From contig NW_026935833.1 in NCBI RefSeq assembly GCF_032062105.1, forward strand, positions 124,001 through 188,000: a stretch of DNA of 64,000 bases, given 5' to 3'. A model generated the notes under the pieces. It saw only the letters and a program-made list of their open reading frames with translations, was not told the origin of the DNA and did no database searches. The DNA comes from Saccostrea cucullata. Its lineage: Eukaryota. Below, piece after piece: positions 24,059 to 35,705 of the stretch (position 1 is its first letter; every line of letters starts with the position of its first letter). The translations under genes were made by a program, and so were the position numbers.

Positions 24059-27000
24059 TCATCTGTGTACAGGACACCTAAACTTTGTTTGCTTAACAAT
24101 ACTGTTTGACGAAAAATAAAACCCCATACATTCGTCATGGACCCAATACCCACACATGGCACGGTCACATCCCAATGTCCACGTGTCTGTGTGGTCAAAA
24201 AACATTGCAAGTGTCGGGTACTTTACTAGTAATTCTTTCAGTCTGCGTGCACTTGCTCTTGCATAACATCGTGCCAACCCTTCTCTTTTCTTTGAAATCT
24301 GATATCCATCTGATCTGTTTCCCTTTCCTCCTGATTCATTGTTAGTTTTAGAGGGGAGAAAAGTAGGTTGAGATGGAAAAGTAGGAGAGGGAGAGGAAAG
24401 TGAAGGTTCTGGGAAGGGTGCATTTGAGGAAAGTATGGGAGGTATTGACTGGGTAGAACAATGTGGGGTGGAGATAAGTTCAGCAGAGGTAGAAGACGAG
24501 CAAGTCGTAGTAACAGAGGAAGAGGAGGATATAGAATTTGTTCTGACAGGGGGTGGTGCGCTAGAAACGTTAGAGGGGGAAATTTTATGAATCGATGAAT
24601 GTGCTGAAATATATCATGAATGCTTGTCTTTAACGAAAAAAAAGGCGGAAAAAATTCATTCAACCAATTCTTTAAATTAATAAATATCATTGAATGAGAT
24701 TTGTGTATTCCATTATATACTAACATCCATAGGGGCTTGTCTTCCGGATTGTTAAATGTAATATAAATTTTAAAAATTTTGAATCTTCTTTAAATACACT
24801 TAACAGTTGTTAAAATAAAGATCCTGACACTTTCAGGCAAGAAAAACCATGTTTAGAAAAGACGTACCACACCTATATACATAAACTCTATAAGGGACGC
24901 AAGCTCCCATCTTGGAAAAAATACCCCCGCCCACTTCAGCGCCTATTTTTGGACTCTAAACCATTAATTTATTTCGGTATCATGGCTCTGTCCCCTTACA
25001 GTGATGATTTTCCTAAATGTTGATGCGATTGTCAGTCGTGAACACGCGTTTAATCAACAGTAAACGGATACAATTTCTTCGATTTGAGCTCATCTCGCTG
25101 AATCGACCCAAAAAGAACGGAAGTTGACATGGTTGCATGGTAACGACGCAAGGGCGATAATCGTGGTATAGCATATAGCGCGCTTTTAAATTATGTAACA
25201 AATTACTTATATGTTAAATGAGTCTTCCCAATGACAATTTAGCCTGTGAAACCAAACTTTAGCCCGTATTTATCATTTTTCACTGTCTTTTTCTTGTCGG
25301 TAAACATTTTTCTCCGCGAAGCTGGAAATCCTTGGGTGTTACCATTCGCTTTCGATTACCCTCTGAGTTTTCCCTATACAATCATTATCTGCCCATGCAA
25401 TTTTGTCAACTTCCGATGAGCTCAAATCGAAGAAATTGTATCCGTTTACTGTTGATTAAACGCGTGTTCACGACTGACAATCGCATCAACATTTAGGAAA
25501 ATCATCACTGTAGGGGACAGAGCCATGATACCGAAATAAATTAATGGTTTAGAGTCCAGAAATAGGCGCTGAAGTGGGCGGGGGTATTTTTTCCAAGATG
25601 GGAGCTTGCGTCCCTCATAGAGTTTATGTATATAGGTGTGGTACGTCTTTTTTAAACGTGGTTTTTCTTGCCTGAAAGTGTCAGGATCTTTATTTTAACA
25701 ACTTTTAAGTGTATTTTAAGAAGATTCAAAATTTTAAAAATTTATTTTACATTTAACAATCCGGAAGACAAGCCCCTATACTAACATCTTCAAAGAAAGG
25801 CGTGGCATACGTGGACATTTTTCCAGACGGTGATTTAACAATAACTAATATTTCACTTTTACTTGTTAGATGGAGTTCTTTAGCCTGTTGAACAATAAAT
25901 TAAGAATATATGATACAGTATATATAAACAAAACATATTGCATTGTAGATAAAAAAGAACATGAAATCCCAAATTAACATCAGGAACTCCAGTGAAGAAT
26001 TGATTTTTCACACCAATCTTGATAATGAGACATTTCAGTGGCGTGCAAAATTAAGATCATCCAAATATCTCTCCAATCCCTTCTCCTCCAACGATCATAC
26101 TTCTCTGTGCAACAAATAAAGAACTAGATAAAGAACTAGATAAAGAACTAGTAAATTTTTCCCAGAAATGCAAAACAACCGGCAACATTATATTCAAGAA
26201 GTTTCTAAAAATAATTCTGTCTAAATATCAATAGGGCGAGAAAGCGGAAGTGCGAGATTTGGCGTGAATTGAACCTCTGGAGATAAACAAATCCGCGCAT
26301 ATACATAGGCAATATAGATTTCTTGTTTTTAGTGATACAGAATGATACAGAATGGCATTGTCCATTCTGTATTGGTTGAATTTTGTATCCGGGACTAAAA
26401 AGCTACACCAGAAGTCTGAAGTGGCTGTGAAATCTGAACACGTACTTAAATTCCTGTACGATCCTGGGCTGAGACACGTCCAGGGAAGGGTGCAAGCCAG
26501 CATGAGGGATAGAAGCTATCATATTAACGTATGTATCAAATTGTTTTATATTTTATAATAATAATATATAAGTACATAAACGACATTATTTTCAATATTT
26601 CGTGTTGCATTTAGATCACACTTGGGGATAATTACACTGTGGAAGACAGTATCTGTGACTGTGTTAATGGCCAGGATAAGTGTCACCACAAAGCTTCTCT
26701 TCTGTTATATGGGTATGCATTTTTTTAATACAATAAAAAATATAAATGATTTTTTCCTTCATTTTATCACAGGTACTTGGGTCGTGGTTTATAAATATTT
26801 ATAATGTACCTTATTGATATGTAAAATACTTTTTTTACATATCAATAAGGTACATTATAAATATTTATAAACCACGACCCAAGTACCTGTGCATTTTATA
26901 AATGTTATTCATCTTAATTTAGGTACAAGAATGTTAGTAAGACGGATGTAAGAGAATCTTGGATAAAACACCCAAAGAGTGGACCCCCAAAGAAAACGAT

Positions 27001-30000
27001 GACCATGGAAAAGCTGAATGACCTTGGTCGATTTTCAGGTCTTGATTTGAAAAAAAAAATGTTGAAACATGTTTTGTTCTTTGTTTAATTGAAAATGTTT
27101 ATACATGTTTCCTTATTTTGTTATGTGACCAGACTAACAAAATATTTTCATTCAGTTTTTGTTGAAATGAAGTTGAGCACTATCAGACTTTCCTGCATAT
27201 TGAAAGCAAAGTGTACGAGATATCCATTGAAAGTGTTTGCATATACTGTATATTGAGAAAATGTTAAAGTATTGTTATTTGATAGACTAATTAAGTATAA
27301 CCCATTTTATTATTAAAATCAAACCATAACTACTGTATCATTTTAGATTAATAAAATATACTCATTTCAATCATTCATACATTTATAATTTATTAATTCT
27401 ATTCAAATTGTTAGCCATGCAATGGATAGTTTCTGAAGAACCCCCTGCTCCCAAAGTGGATGTTCCATGCGTAGAGGATCTTCTGTTAACGGAAGGTTAC
27501 ACAAGTGCGACCAATAAAGTGCAGTGGCTTAAAACAAACCTCCGTGTATCGAAGCAGCAGACAGAACAAGTAGGACATTTATATAAGTATACTCTAGAAT
27601 TATTATGAATTATAAATACTTTGAATCAGTCCCCACCCATTCTTTATTATTTTTTTTTGGGGGGGGGGGTGTACTTTGATTTTATTCCTTTCTTTTAGTC
27701 TCTGTTGAAAATACGGATTGGCCAGATCACCTAATCATTATTTTAAATGTAAAATGAATCACTTCCTTAAGATATTTTAAGATTGAAACAGTAATGAATA
27801 TGTCTAGATGTCAAGTGTATAATGCACACATCAGTAAATACAAACCCATTTTGAAAAATGTGGGTCAGAGTATACAAATCAATTTTTTAATAATGATGGC
27901 ACAACACTCATATTTCAACTGATTAACTTTCAAGAGAGGGGATTACATTTTGTAAATATTGTACTTGACATGTCTTCAAAAAGAAAAAAAAAATATATGT
28001 GACATTAAAAATAAATATTAAATTGAAAATTATGAATATCATCCATATATCATTTTTACACAAAATATTTTTTAAACTATATTAATACATGTAGTACCAA
28101 CTATATTATTTTGCAGGTGGCACAAATGACATGTGGTCAACGAACAAATTATCTTTGGGCTTTGGTTAAAAAAAATCGATTAACGGCATCAAATTTTGGT
28201 GTGGTACTATCGGCAATAAGAAGACAGAGGTAGTACTTTTTTTCTCATCCAAAAGTAAAGTTAACGTATCTTATACAGGTATATTACCTTGTTCAAGTTA
28301 AGTATATAATTTACTTTCAACTGAGGAACTATTGATATATTTTTCAGATTCCCACCATCATTATATAAGCAAATCTTTTCCTCATACAATCTCTCGACAA
28401 AGGATGCCATATTATGGGGGATCAGTAATGAGTCAACTGCTAGGACAAAATACTGTTCATTTGGAGATGCTATTGTAGAAGAAACTGGTAAGTGCATGTG
28501 CTTATGTGTAATTTATAATATAGCCCACAGGTTTCAAACATCTTAAAGGACAAGAATTAATTTAAACAATTTTAAATATTGGAATTGAACGTGAAAAACA
28601 CCAAACATATTTATTACAGGTGTATGGCTGCATGAGAGTGGCATATTGGGAGCCAGCCCTGATGGAATTATTCGACGCGCAGCGACACACAATTACAACT
28701 ACCAGGATGTAGAATTAACAGACCTACTTGAGTGCATGGCTGTTAAACCAGAAGTTTTGGAGGTGAAGTGCCCATTTAGTGCAAGGAATATGTCAATTCC
28801 CGAGGACATAGAATCTGTCAAAGACTTTTGCTTGGGTAGGTTTTAGTTTTAAGGTACAATTTCCGCAAAATCTGAAATCTTGTTTAAGGAATGGTACATA
28901 TTTAATACAAAGTTTATTATTTCATGTCTCAGACTACCAAATATATGAAGGAAGGAAGTTCTACAAGTTAAAGGAGGGCCACAGATATTACGATCAGGTG
29001 CAAGGACAGCTGCACATACTTAACAGGTCATCATGTGACTTTGTAGTGTGGACTACGAAAGACATAGCTATTGTGAGAATTCTTCAGGACAGCACCTGGA
29101 CCCCAAATATGTCAAAACTCATCGATTTTTACTTTTGTAAAATAATCCCAAATATTGTTCAGGACTGACATTTGGTTAGTATGACATCATATAGGCAATT
29201 TTGTATATTTGTACTGATATACGGTAGGTTTTTTATGAGTGACTTAAATTGAAGTTTTTGATTAGTGATTACCAGTAATCCCAATTTATACACATACAAA
29301 TATGTTATATGTTTATGTAATAATACAGTGAGTTGTAGGGCAATGTCAGACTTGTATACCTGCTACATTGAATATTTTGGGACTTGACTTGAACCGCTTA
29401 TTTTCAGTAATCATGAGGCACTATTTATAAGGAATCTTATTGTTATACATATGTACTCGGGGTAAAGCTGGAAACCAACAACAGAAGTTATACTTTGTTT
29501 TCTGAATTATTTCTGAAAGTTTTCTCATCATTACACATAATCATGAATAATTATTTCTTGAGTTTTATATTGTATTGATTGATTTTTGCTTGTAGTGTAT
29601 TTCAGGTTGTTCTTAGTATTTCTTACCACTTAAAAATACACAATATAATTTTTTAATACAGTGAAAGATTTCTTTCAGAACTGTAGAAGAAATAAGTTAA
29701 GTATTCTGTTCAAATGTCTTTTTAAATATATATATATCATAAACTGTGTAATAAATTTTTGACTGTATATGCTTTTTTTTATCTAGTCGAATACATGTAA
29801 GGCCATGCAAAGTTAATTACTTGGTTCTCAGGCCTTTTTTCAAGAAATATGATGAGGGAGGGAGGCATTTTTTTTTTCTTTTTTATTGCCCCCAAAACAT
29901 GACGAGGCAGCTTTTTACATTGTACAAATCCTCAAAAAATGATGAGGGAGGTGATTTGGTGTTTATATTTTATTGATTTAGCATTAGAAAGGGTCAATGA

Positions 30001-33000
30001 GGCACCCTTGGAAGAGATGAGGGAGGGCCTGAGAACCAAGAAATTAATTTTTTTTTTGCCTAATATGCAAGTAAACAAGAGACGAAGTGATGAAAAAATA
30101 CATGTAAATTTTATGTACAATATGGAACTACATTTTTTGGTATTTCACATATTCCATGTAAATATTGGACATCATTTTGTCAAAGAATTATTTCATAACA
30201 ATTGTACTGTTCCATTATCCAAAGAGACTAATGACTCAATGTATTAAAAAAAATGGATAAAGAATAGAAATTTACTATAACATATGTAAAATTTGCTAGC
30301 TTTCATGATATTATAGAATTTAAAATATACATGCTTTTTTGCAAAAAATAATGATAAATGGAGTATTTTCAAAGAATCTTTGTAAAGGTCAATGACAACA
30401 TACTATTTACCTTAAAATGCTCTTTTCAAAGTTGTTTACAAGATTTATGATACATATAATACAACCTTTATTTTCCTGGCACTTATACATAGCACTCTAC
30501 TTGAAGCAAGGTTGGGTTTGTCAAAACTTTGTTACACTTACATTTACAATATCAATTTAGGGTATGAATATCATAAAAGAAATATATGTTAAAGCTGAAC
30601 ACAATTACAAATACTTGGAACCTCTCATGAAATAAATTACATTTGCTCCACCTCTACATTCTTATATCATATATTAATGAGTGTCTAAATCTTGAGCCTG
30701 AATGTAATTATCTGCAATCTCTGCAATCATTGGATCTTGAAAATTGACTAGTATAGAACATACTTGAAAAATTTTCGTGCTTAAATGTCTAAACTTGTGA
30801 GGAATGTGAGATAATATCTCAAAGTTCTTAATTCTTTCATTTACCCGCTCTACATGGATACGAGATCTGGCAATTTTTCTGCACAGTTGCACTTCGGCAG
30901 GAGTGTATTGTCCTTTGTCTTTCAAGAAAGGAGGGATGTTGAGATGCACACCTGCTGGAAGGAGAGAGTGAATAGTAAAACCTTTATCAGCCAGAATCAT
31001 ATCCCCTGGTTTCAACTGGCAGAGCATTTTACTGTGTTCAACAATGGCCACATCAGATGTACTTCCTGGGTAAAGTTTGCTTACATATACCACAGCTCCG
31101 TTAGGGGCAACGCCTGTAACAGATTTTACGGTGTGCCTGTTTTTATATGAGCTATAAGTTTGAGACTGTGCTAACATATCCTGCCCTGGAACGTCTTGGG
31201 TCACCTCTGTCGCATCGATCACAAGACGGCAACAATTAAAATCACCAAAACTTGTCGGCATAGAGGACTTGCACTTTAAGAGGGAGGGAATGTTATTTTC
31301 AATCATGCCCTCAAAGAACACCTCATGCAAAGCAAAAATATGTGTAACCACAATATTTTGCACTGTTGTCTTACTTGTATTGAACCTCTCAGCTAAATCT
31401 AAATTGGGAGAGTTTAGCTTCAATTTCATCAGTGTCATTAATAACTGGTCAGTTCTTGAAATCACTGCTGGTGTCCAGTTGTTGACATATGTTAATGGAA
31501 ATCTCTGAATAGTTGAGTCCACTACTCTAAACATGTCTGCTTTCAAGGAGGTGTACATCAGCATCTAATAAAATATGAATTTATGGAATGTAGTTGTTCT
31601 AGTTTGTTATAAAGGTAAAATAATTTCTCATACTGTATATAATTGCATAGAAAACGGTTGTATTTTTTAAGGTTGAATTATTTAGAGGGATTGACCTGCA
31701 AAAATCATTTTTTTTTATAACTCACGTATAACATGGTATAAGTTGGATGAAGAGTTTTGGACCAAAGTTTAACTCCCAAAAATCAATCTACTTATAGGTG
31801 AGTTTATACAGTATATGCGATTTGAACAAGGACTTATTGTTGTTTAACATCACTCTCATGAATTTTTCACTTATATGGAGATGCCTTCACTTGCCAGTGC
31901 AGGGCTACAAATTCTGACTATACTCGGCACTTATGGCCTTTGAGCAGTGAGGGATGTTTTTCATGCCAGCACTTACTGGGACCTCTGTTTTTACAGTCTC
32001 ATCTGAAGGACTGGTCTCCATCCCGCAATGGGATTTGAACCCGGGAGGTAAGGATCAACTCCTTATTTCACAATGCTCTAACCACTTCACAGAGGGAGCT
32101 ACATTGGAACAAATAATGTATCAGTCAGTAAAAAAATGGATACCTTCTTTTCATCATTGATGATCTGGCTTATGGTGAAAGGTTGTTTCCTAGTCTTAAG
32201 AATAGCTATTTCTGATGTCAGCTTGTCAATTTGTTGTTCCATTTCCTTCAAAAACCATATAAGTGTGTAACTGTTTTTTTTACAACATTGTACACAAAAC
32301 AGAGTTTAAGTACTACAATACTAAATACATGTACTACTGAAATTTTTATACTCACTTGGATTTGTTTTAATAAATTTGACTCTTTATCGCAGTAGGTGCT
32401 TGTAACGGTCCCGTGTCGCAGTAGATGCTGGTCATGGTCAAAACCCTCACTAAATGATTGAATTGGTTGTGCAGCTTCTGTCTCTTCCACCATAACCGCA
32501 TTTTTTTCTCCCTGGTTTACAGATGGGCTCTGTTTGCATTGTCTGTATGTGTTACATAATTTGCTTATAACTAACTACTTCAAATTTTTACATATATTCT
32601 GTCAGATTTTTTTAACTTCATAAATTTATATTAGCTGTTGATAGAAAATATTTTGTTATTGAATAAATTGTATGGTAAAATGATGTCTCAAAATAATGAC
32701 ACAAAAATATTCAAAACATACCTTGAAATAGCATTAGGGTCTCCAAAGTCAAAATACTGCCCTTGATTCCAAGGGAAGATGGTTGGTCCATTTTCTTTTT
32801 TTCCATCTTTGAAATGACAGCTGCATATTCTGTCAGCTGCAGTTACTGTCCTATCTTGTCTCCTGAATTAAATAAATTATATTCTAATTATACGTGTAAA
32901 TATAATCTAGACAAAGATTTGATGTCCGAGTACTATTATTTTCAATTTCATAGCTCTTGTAGATTCACCTCCCCTCTCCACCCGTGCTCTCGTGGGTGAT

Positions 33001-33898
33001 AATTCGGGATAACTTTAAGTTGACTATAAAAGACCACTGTTACAATGAATCAGAATATATTAAAAAGTGAAATACAACACTGATAACTCTGTATTCTTAA
33101 GCTGAATTCAATTTCATGCATTAGGTAACATGTTATAGGCGTACGATTGAAAGGACAGTGTATAACCCGACATTCCTCTGTTATATTTTGAGAAGTGTTT
33201 TTTAAATAAAACATCATACCTGCAAAGTTTTTTCCCATATCTTTATTGATTTCTTTGGGAACCTGAAGAAGCTGCAAGTTTCCCGCAAGCTTTGGTGGTT
33301 ACAGCTCGCCACAAATCAAAGCATTTTTCACGAGGTGAAACCGGCAATATTGAACCGAAAGCACATGTTCGTAATGTTTATCTCCAGCAGCCAAACCGGA
33401 AGTGACGCACAAACGAGACTTTCTTGCCCTATTTCTCTTGAACCTATTTTCTTTACAAGTCTTGAACGTTCTCACTTTCATTCTATCGAAAGTAGAACAA
33501 AAGCAGAAATAGCAGCCAAGATGGAGGAGCAGATTGAAAAACTGCTTGATTTGGATTTTGAAGCTGGTATGCAAATTTCATAATTGTTGCGTTTTTAAAA
33601 TAAAGATATACATACGCATGCATATCTAAAATAAATCATTTTTTTATTGTTAAAAAAGGAGAAGACAGGAGGAGAACGCAATGGAAGAGAGATATAAAGA
33701 ATGGTGGGGAAAAATGTACATTAATTTCTACAAAGAATTACTTGAAGTTGTAGAAAGTTCCCAAGATGTCATGAAGGAAGAAGGTTCATTAGATTTTCAT
33801 ACCTTTTTTAAGAGTGTATTTTTCCTCTTGTACACTGAGTCGTGTCTTTTTTTAGCATCCTCAATATAAGTACTTGGTGCTGGTCCACCTCTTGCCAT
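24059..33898 (-). CDS. Spliced MADS-box + S/T/P-rich linker + PHD-like finger gene (exons 33898-33803, 25884-~25782, ~24603-24059); possibly decayed
   Basis: Exon 1 MARGGPAPSTYIEDAKKRHDSVYKRKNTLLKK joins exon 2 AKELHLTSKSEILVIVKSPSGKMSTYATPFFEDV through a phase-0 GT-AG intron, giving the MADS pattern IE..R....KR..L.KKA.EL.......IV.S..GK...Y. Exon 3 is an open S/T/P-rich frame ending WTLGCDRAMCGYWVHDECMG...FRCPVH*. The exon 2 donor is uncertain and the first PHD CxxC pair appears eroded. Confidence 0.72.
24728..25779. mobile_element. Foldback/MITE with ~366-bp near-perfect TIRs
   Basis: 24729-25094 is the reverse complement of 25415-25779 with few mismatches, around a 320-bp non-coding spacer. 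TSD (a)ctaacatc, 8-9 bp, at 24719-24727 and 25780-25788 (hAT- or MULE-type). Confidence 0.9.
26352..29168 (+). CDS. SWIM zinc finger + YqaJ (lambda-exonuclease-like) protein, 8 exons, ~415 aa
   Basis: Exons approx. 26352-26528, 26615-26712, 26923-27038, 27415-27569, 28117-28229, 28348-28487, 28620-28835, 28933-29168; all GT-AG with compatible phases and no stops. Motifs CDCVNGQDKCHH (SWIM), RLTASNFG, WGISNE, LGASPDG, LEVKCPF, YYDQVQGQL, CDFVVWT. Confidence 0.88.
26768..26891. mobile_element. 124-bp palindromic MITE (hAT-type)
   Basis: 59-bp perfect inverted arms (cacaggtacttgggtcg...) around a 6-nt loop. 8-bp TSD cattttat at 26760-26767 and 26892-26899. Lies in intron 2 of the YqaJ gene. Confidence 0.9.
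29801..30060. mobile_element. Tourist-like (PIF/Harbinger) MITE
   Basis: GGC...GCC termini, imperfect ~34-bp TIR containing cttggttctcaggcc / ggcctgagaaccaag, and a TAA TSD on both sides. Confidence 0.72.
31633..31811. mobile_element. Degenerate Tc1/mariner-type MITE in a transposase intron
   Basis: Ends tactgtata (31631) and tatacagta (31805-31813), consistent with a TA TSD plus short TIR. Confidence 0.4.
31838..32086 (-). mobile_element. Diverged Deu/Nin-like tRNA SINE copy
   Basis: Reverse-complement similarity to 1683-2025 (gtctcatctgaaggac, gagcagtgagggat, ctcggcact), with a B-box-like gggttcaaatccc. Confidence 0.7.
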
Positions 33899-35631
33899 GC
33901 CCCTCTTTTTTTGCCCTTTGTTGTTTTTCCCAGGGTTTATTTTACTATTCTGTATGACATTACAACAGCATATATTATATAATTTAGTTAATTTTTAATA
34001 AAATTAAAAATTGGAACAAGGGGGTAGGGGTAGTGTCAAATTATCTTAATTTTCATAAGTATCGTGAATATAAATGATGACCGTCAAGCGAAAACCACCC
34101 TTATGTGCATTATGACGTTATTGAGAAAACGAGCGCTAAAGTTGACGTCATGAATGTTTGCCGAATTTTGCAAATAAATGCAGTGTTAAACGCATCATTA
34201 ATTATAATATTTCTTCATACAGTAAATGCATATACTAAACAACATAATGAGTAGTCGTAAGTATAATTATCAAAGTCCACTGTTTAGTATGAAAAAAATG
34301 ATTTACAGGAAACTGAATGTGAAAATCCTTTGAAGTAGCGAATACCACAATCTTCGCCTTTATTTTCATTTTATAGGAAAATTTTCTTTTTACTTCTAAA
34401 ACACGAATATGGAGGAGAAATTGCATATTATCTTATGACTCGAGCAGCAACAAAATGGACATAGATCTACTCTTATTGAACATTATTTTTGTCACTATTT
34501 ATTGATATTTTTCTATATTTATGATAAAAAGCATAGAAAACCTAAACAAAGTGTAAAGCCAAGTCGTTGGATTTCATACAAAGGTGTGCAAGTTTATTGC
34601 AAACTAAACAGCGTTATGTACCAAAAATCAAAAACAAGCTTGAAGAAATGGTGGGGCGGGTCACAGAAATATAATTTATCAGTATATAATTAAGGTTGGA
34701 TAACAAAGCCCTCAATACAATTTCACCGGAAAAATATACTTGACTATGACAAATGAAAAAGTTCGTTTTGTTTTGCTATGAAAAAGTTCATTTTGTTTTG
34801 CTATGAAAAAGTTCGTTTTGTTTTTTTTTTCTTATTCCTTGTCAAGACCCCCCCCCCCCTAAAAAAGAAATGAAAAATAAATCGCTTCCTATATGATATT
34901 TTTTAATACGTTGGAATAATAATGAAACATAATGAATCCCTCGATCAGTTAAAGACGAATGCAGCCTACATGTTTTAGGAAAAATTGAAAATTATCATAA
35001 AAATGAAGTCATTTAATCTCTAAATTATGTTGTATCCTAGTACTAAATGGTTTGGGGTGGGTATAAGCAACTTGTACTTTGATAAGGTTATAGAAATTTA
35101 ATTATTAAATTGATTCAAATAAAACTTGAAACTGATGAAATATTTAGCATGTGGCTAATATACGTAACTCTATAACTAAGCTATTAAATTTTTAAAAGAG
35201 GGCAGCCAGAGAAAAAAAAATAACTTACCTGAGAAAAGGTTTACAAGCAAAATGTCCAAACTCGAAATCCTATTTCGTGGGGGGGGGGGGGGGGGGAGGA
35301 GAATAAGCCAGCAGGAAGCAGACATGCAGTGGGATTAACACCATATTCAAGGCTGTTTTTACAACCCGTTGCACCCCTCTCAACAGAATTACGACAGGTG
35401 CATTATGCACAGGACTATTCTTATGAGCTTTCGATTCCGCTCCACGTGCATGTACATGTATGACAAGTTGACCTGCAGTTAGCTGCAGAACTGTAACTCT
35501 CCGAAATATTTTGACAGACCGGGCTGTAAAAATATTTTTTTCGGAGAGCTACAGTTATGCAGCTAACATGCAGTATTTTCGGAGTACTTATTTGGCCATG
35601 TATGGTATACTTAGTACATGTACATATAAAA

Positions 35632-35652
35632 CTCTCTCCTTCTATCTCTCTC

Positions 35653-35702
<50 letters not shown>
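35632..35702. repeat. (CT)n microsatellite
   Basis: More than 20 consecutive CT dinucleotides plus an imperfect 5' extension. Confidence 0.95.

Positions 35703-35705
<3 letters not shown>

Larger units (their letters stand above)
30674..33324 (-). pseudogene. ISL2EU transposase (THAP + HTH_Tnp_4 + DDE_Tnp_4), 5 exons; exon 1 disrupted
   Basis: Exon 1 ML*FVASCNH...FFRFPK..W has a stop where the first THAP Cys is expected, plus a frame mismatch. Exon 2 RICSCHF (32862-32722); exons 3-4 open; exon 5 (31564-30674) intact with VIDATE, LADKGF, RIHVERVNERIKNF. Confidence 0.88.
26233..33430. mobile_element. ISL2EU (PIF/Harbinger-related) DNA transposon, full length
   Basis: TIR agggc(g/a)agaaag at 26233-26244 and 33419-33430, flanked by a 2-bp AT TSD. 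Contains convergent SWIM-YqaJ (+) and THAP-DDE_Tnp_4 (-) genes, the diagnostic ISL2EU pair. Confidence 0.88.
18032..33792 (+). pseudogene. Multi-exon Academ/DUF6589-like transposase, decayed and interrupted by several insertions
   Basis: Ordered fragments: Cys-rich N-terminus (CSC...LCTAC, 18032); TFDNNQV (~20810); VGCDGLPF (~21340); GLGHVEIN (~21427); NDNHKA (~21657); YMFRGGIRRNN (~23080); GEGCDFILEAKN (~23836); FQWRAKLRSSKYLSNP (~26033); LEPIFFTSLER..IESRTKAEI (33433, resuming after the ISL2EU insertion); YINFYKEL (~33716). The DN / DG / GxH / DxxxExxN pattern resembles Academ-type transposases. Termini not found. Confidence 0.55.

Noticed and set aside
24238-24726. 162-aa Leu/Pro-rich ORF
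   Set aside because: It is an alternative frame of the S/T/P-rich exon plus intron sequence; the frame continuous with the PHD-like end is more plausible.
24059-33898. Host SRF or MEF2 ortholog
   Set aside because: Too divergent from these near-invariant proteins (it lacks RGRVKI/GRKKI and TFSKRK/TFTKRK), has no SAM or MEF2 domain, and is embedded in transposon sequence. No gene symbol assigned.
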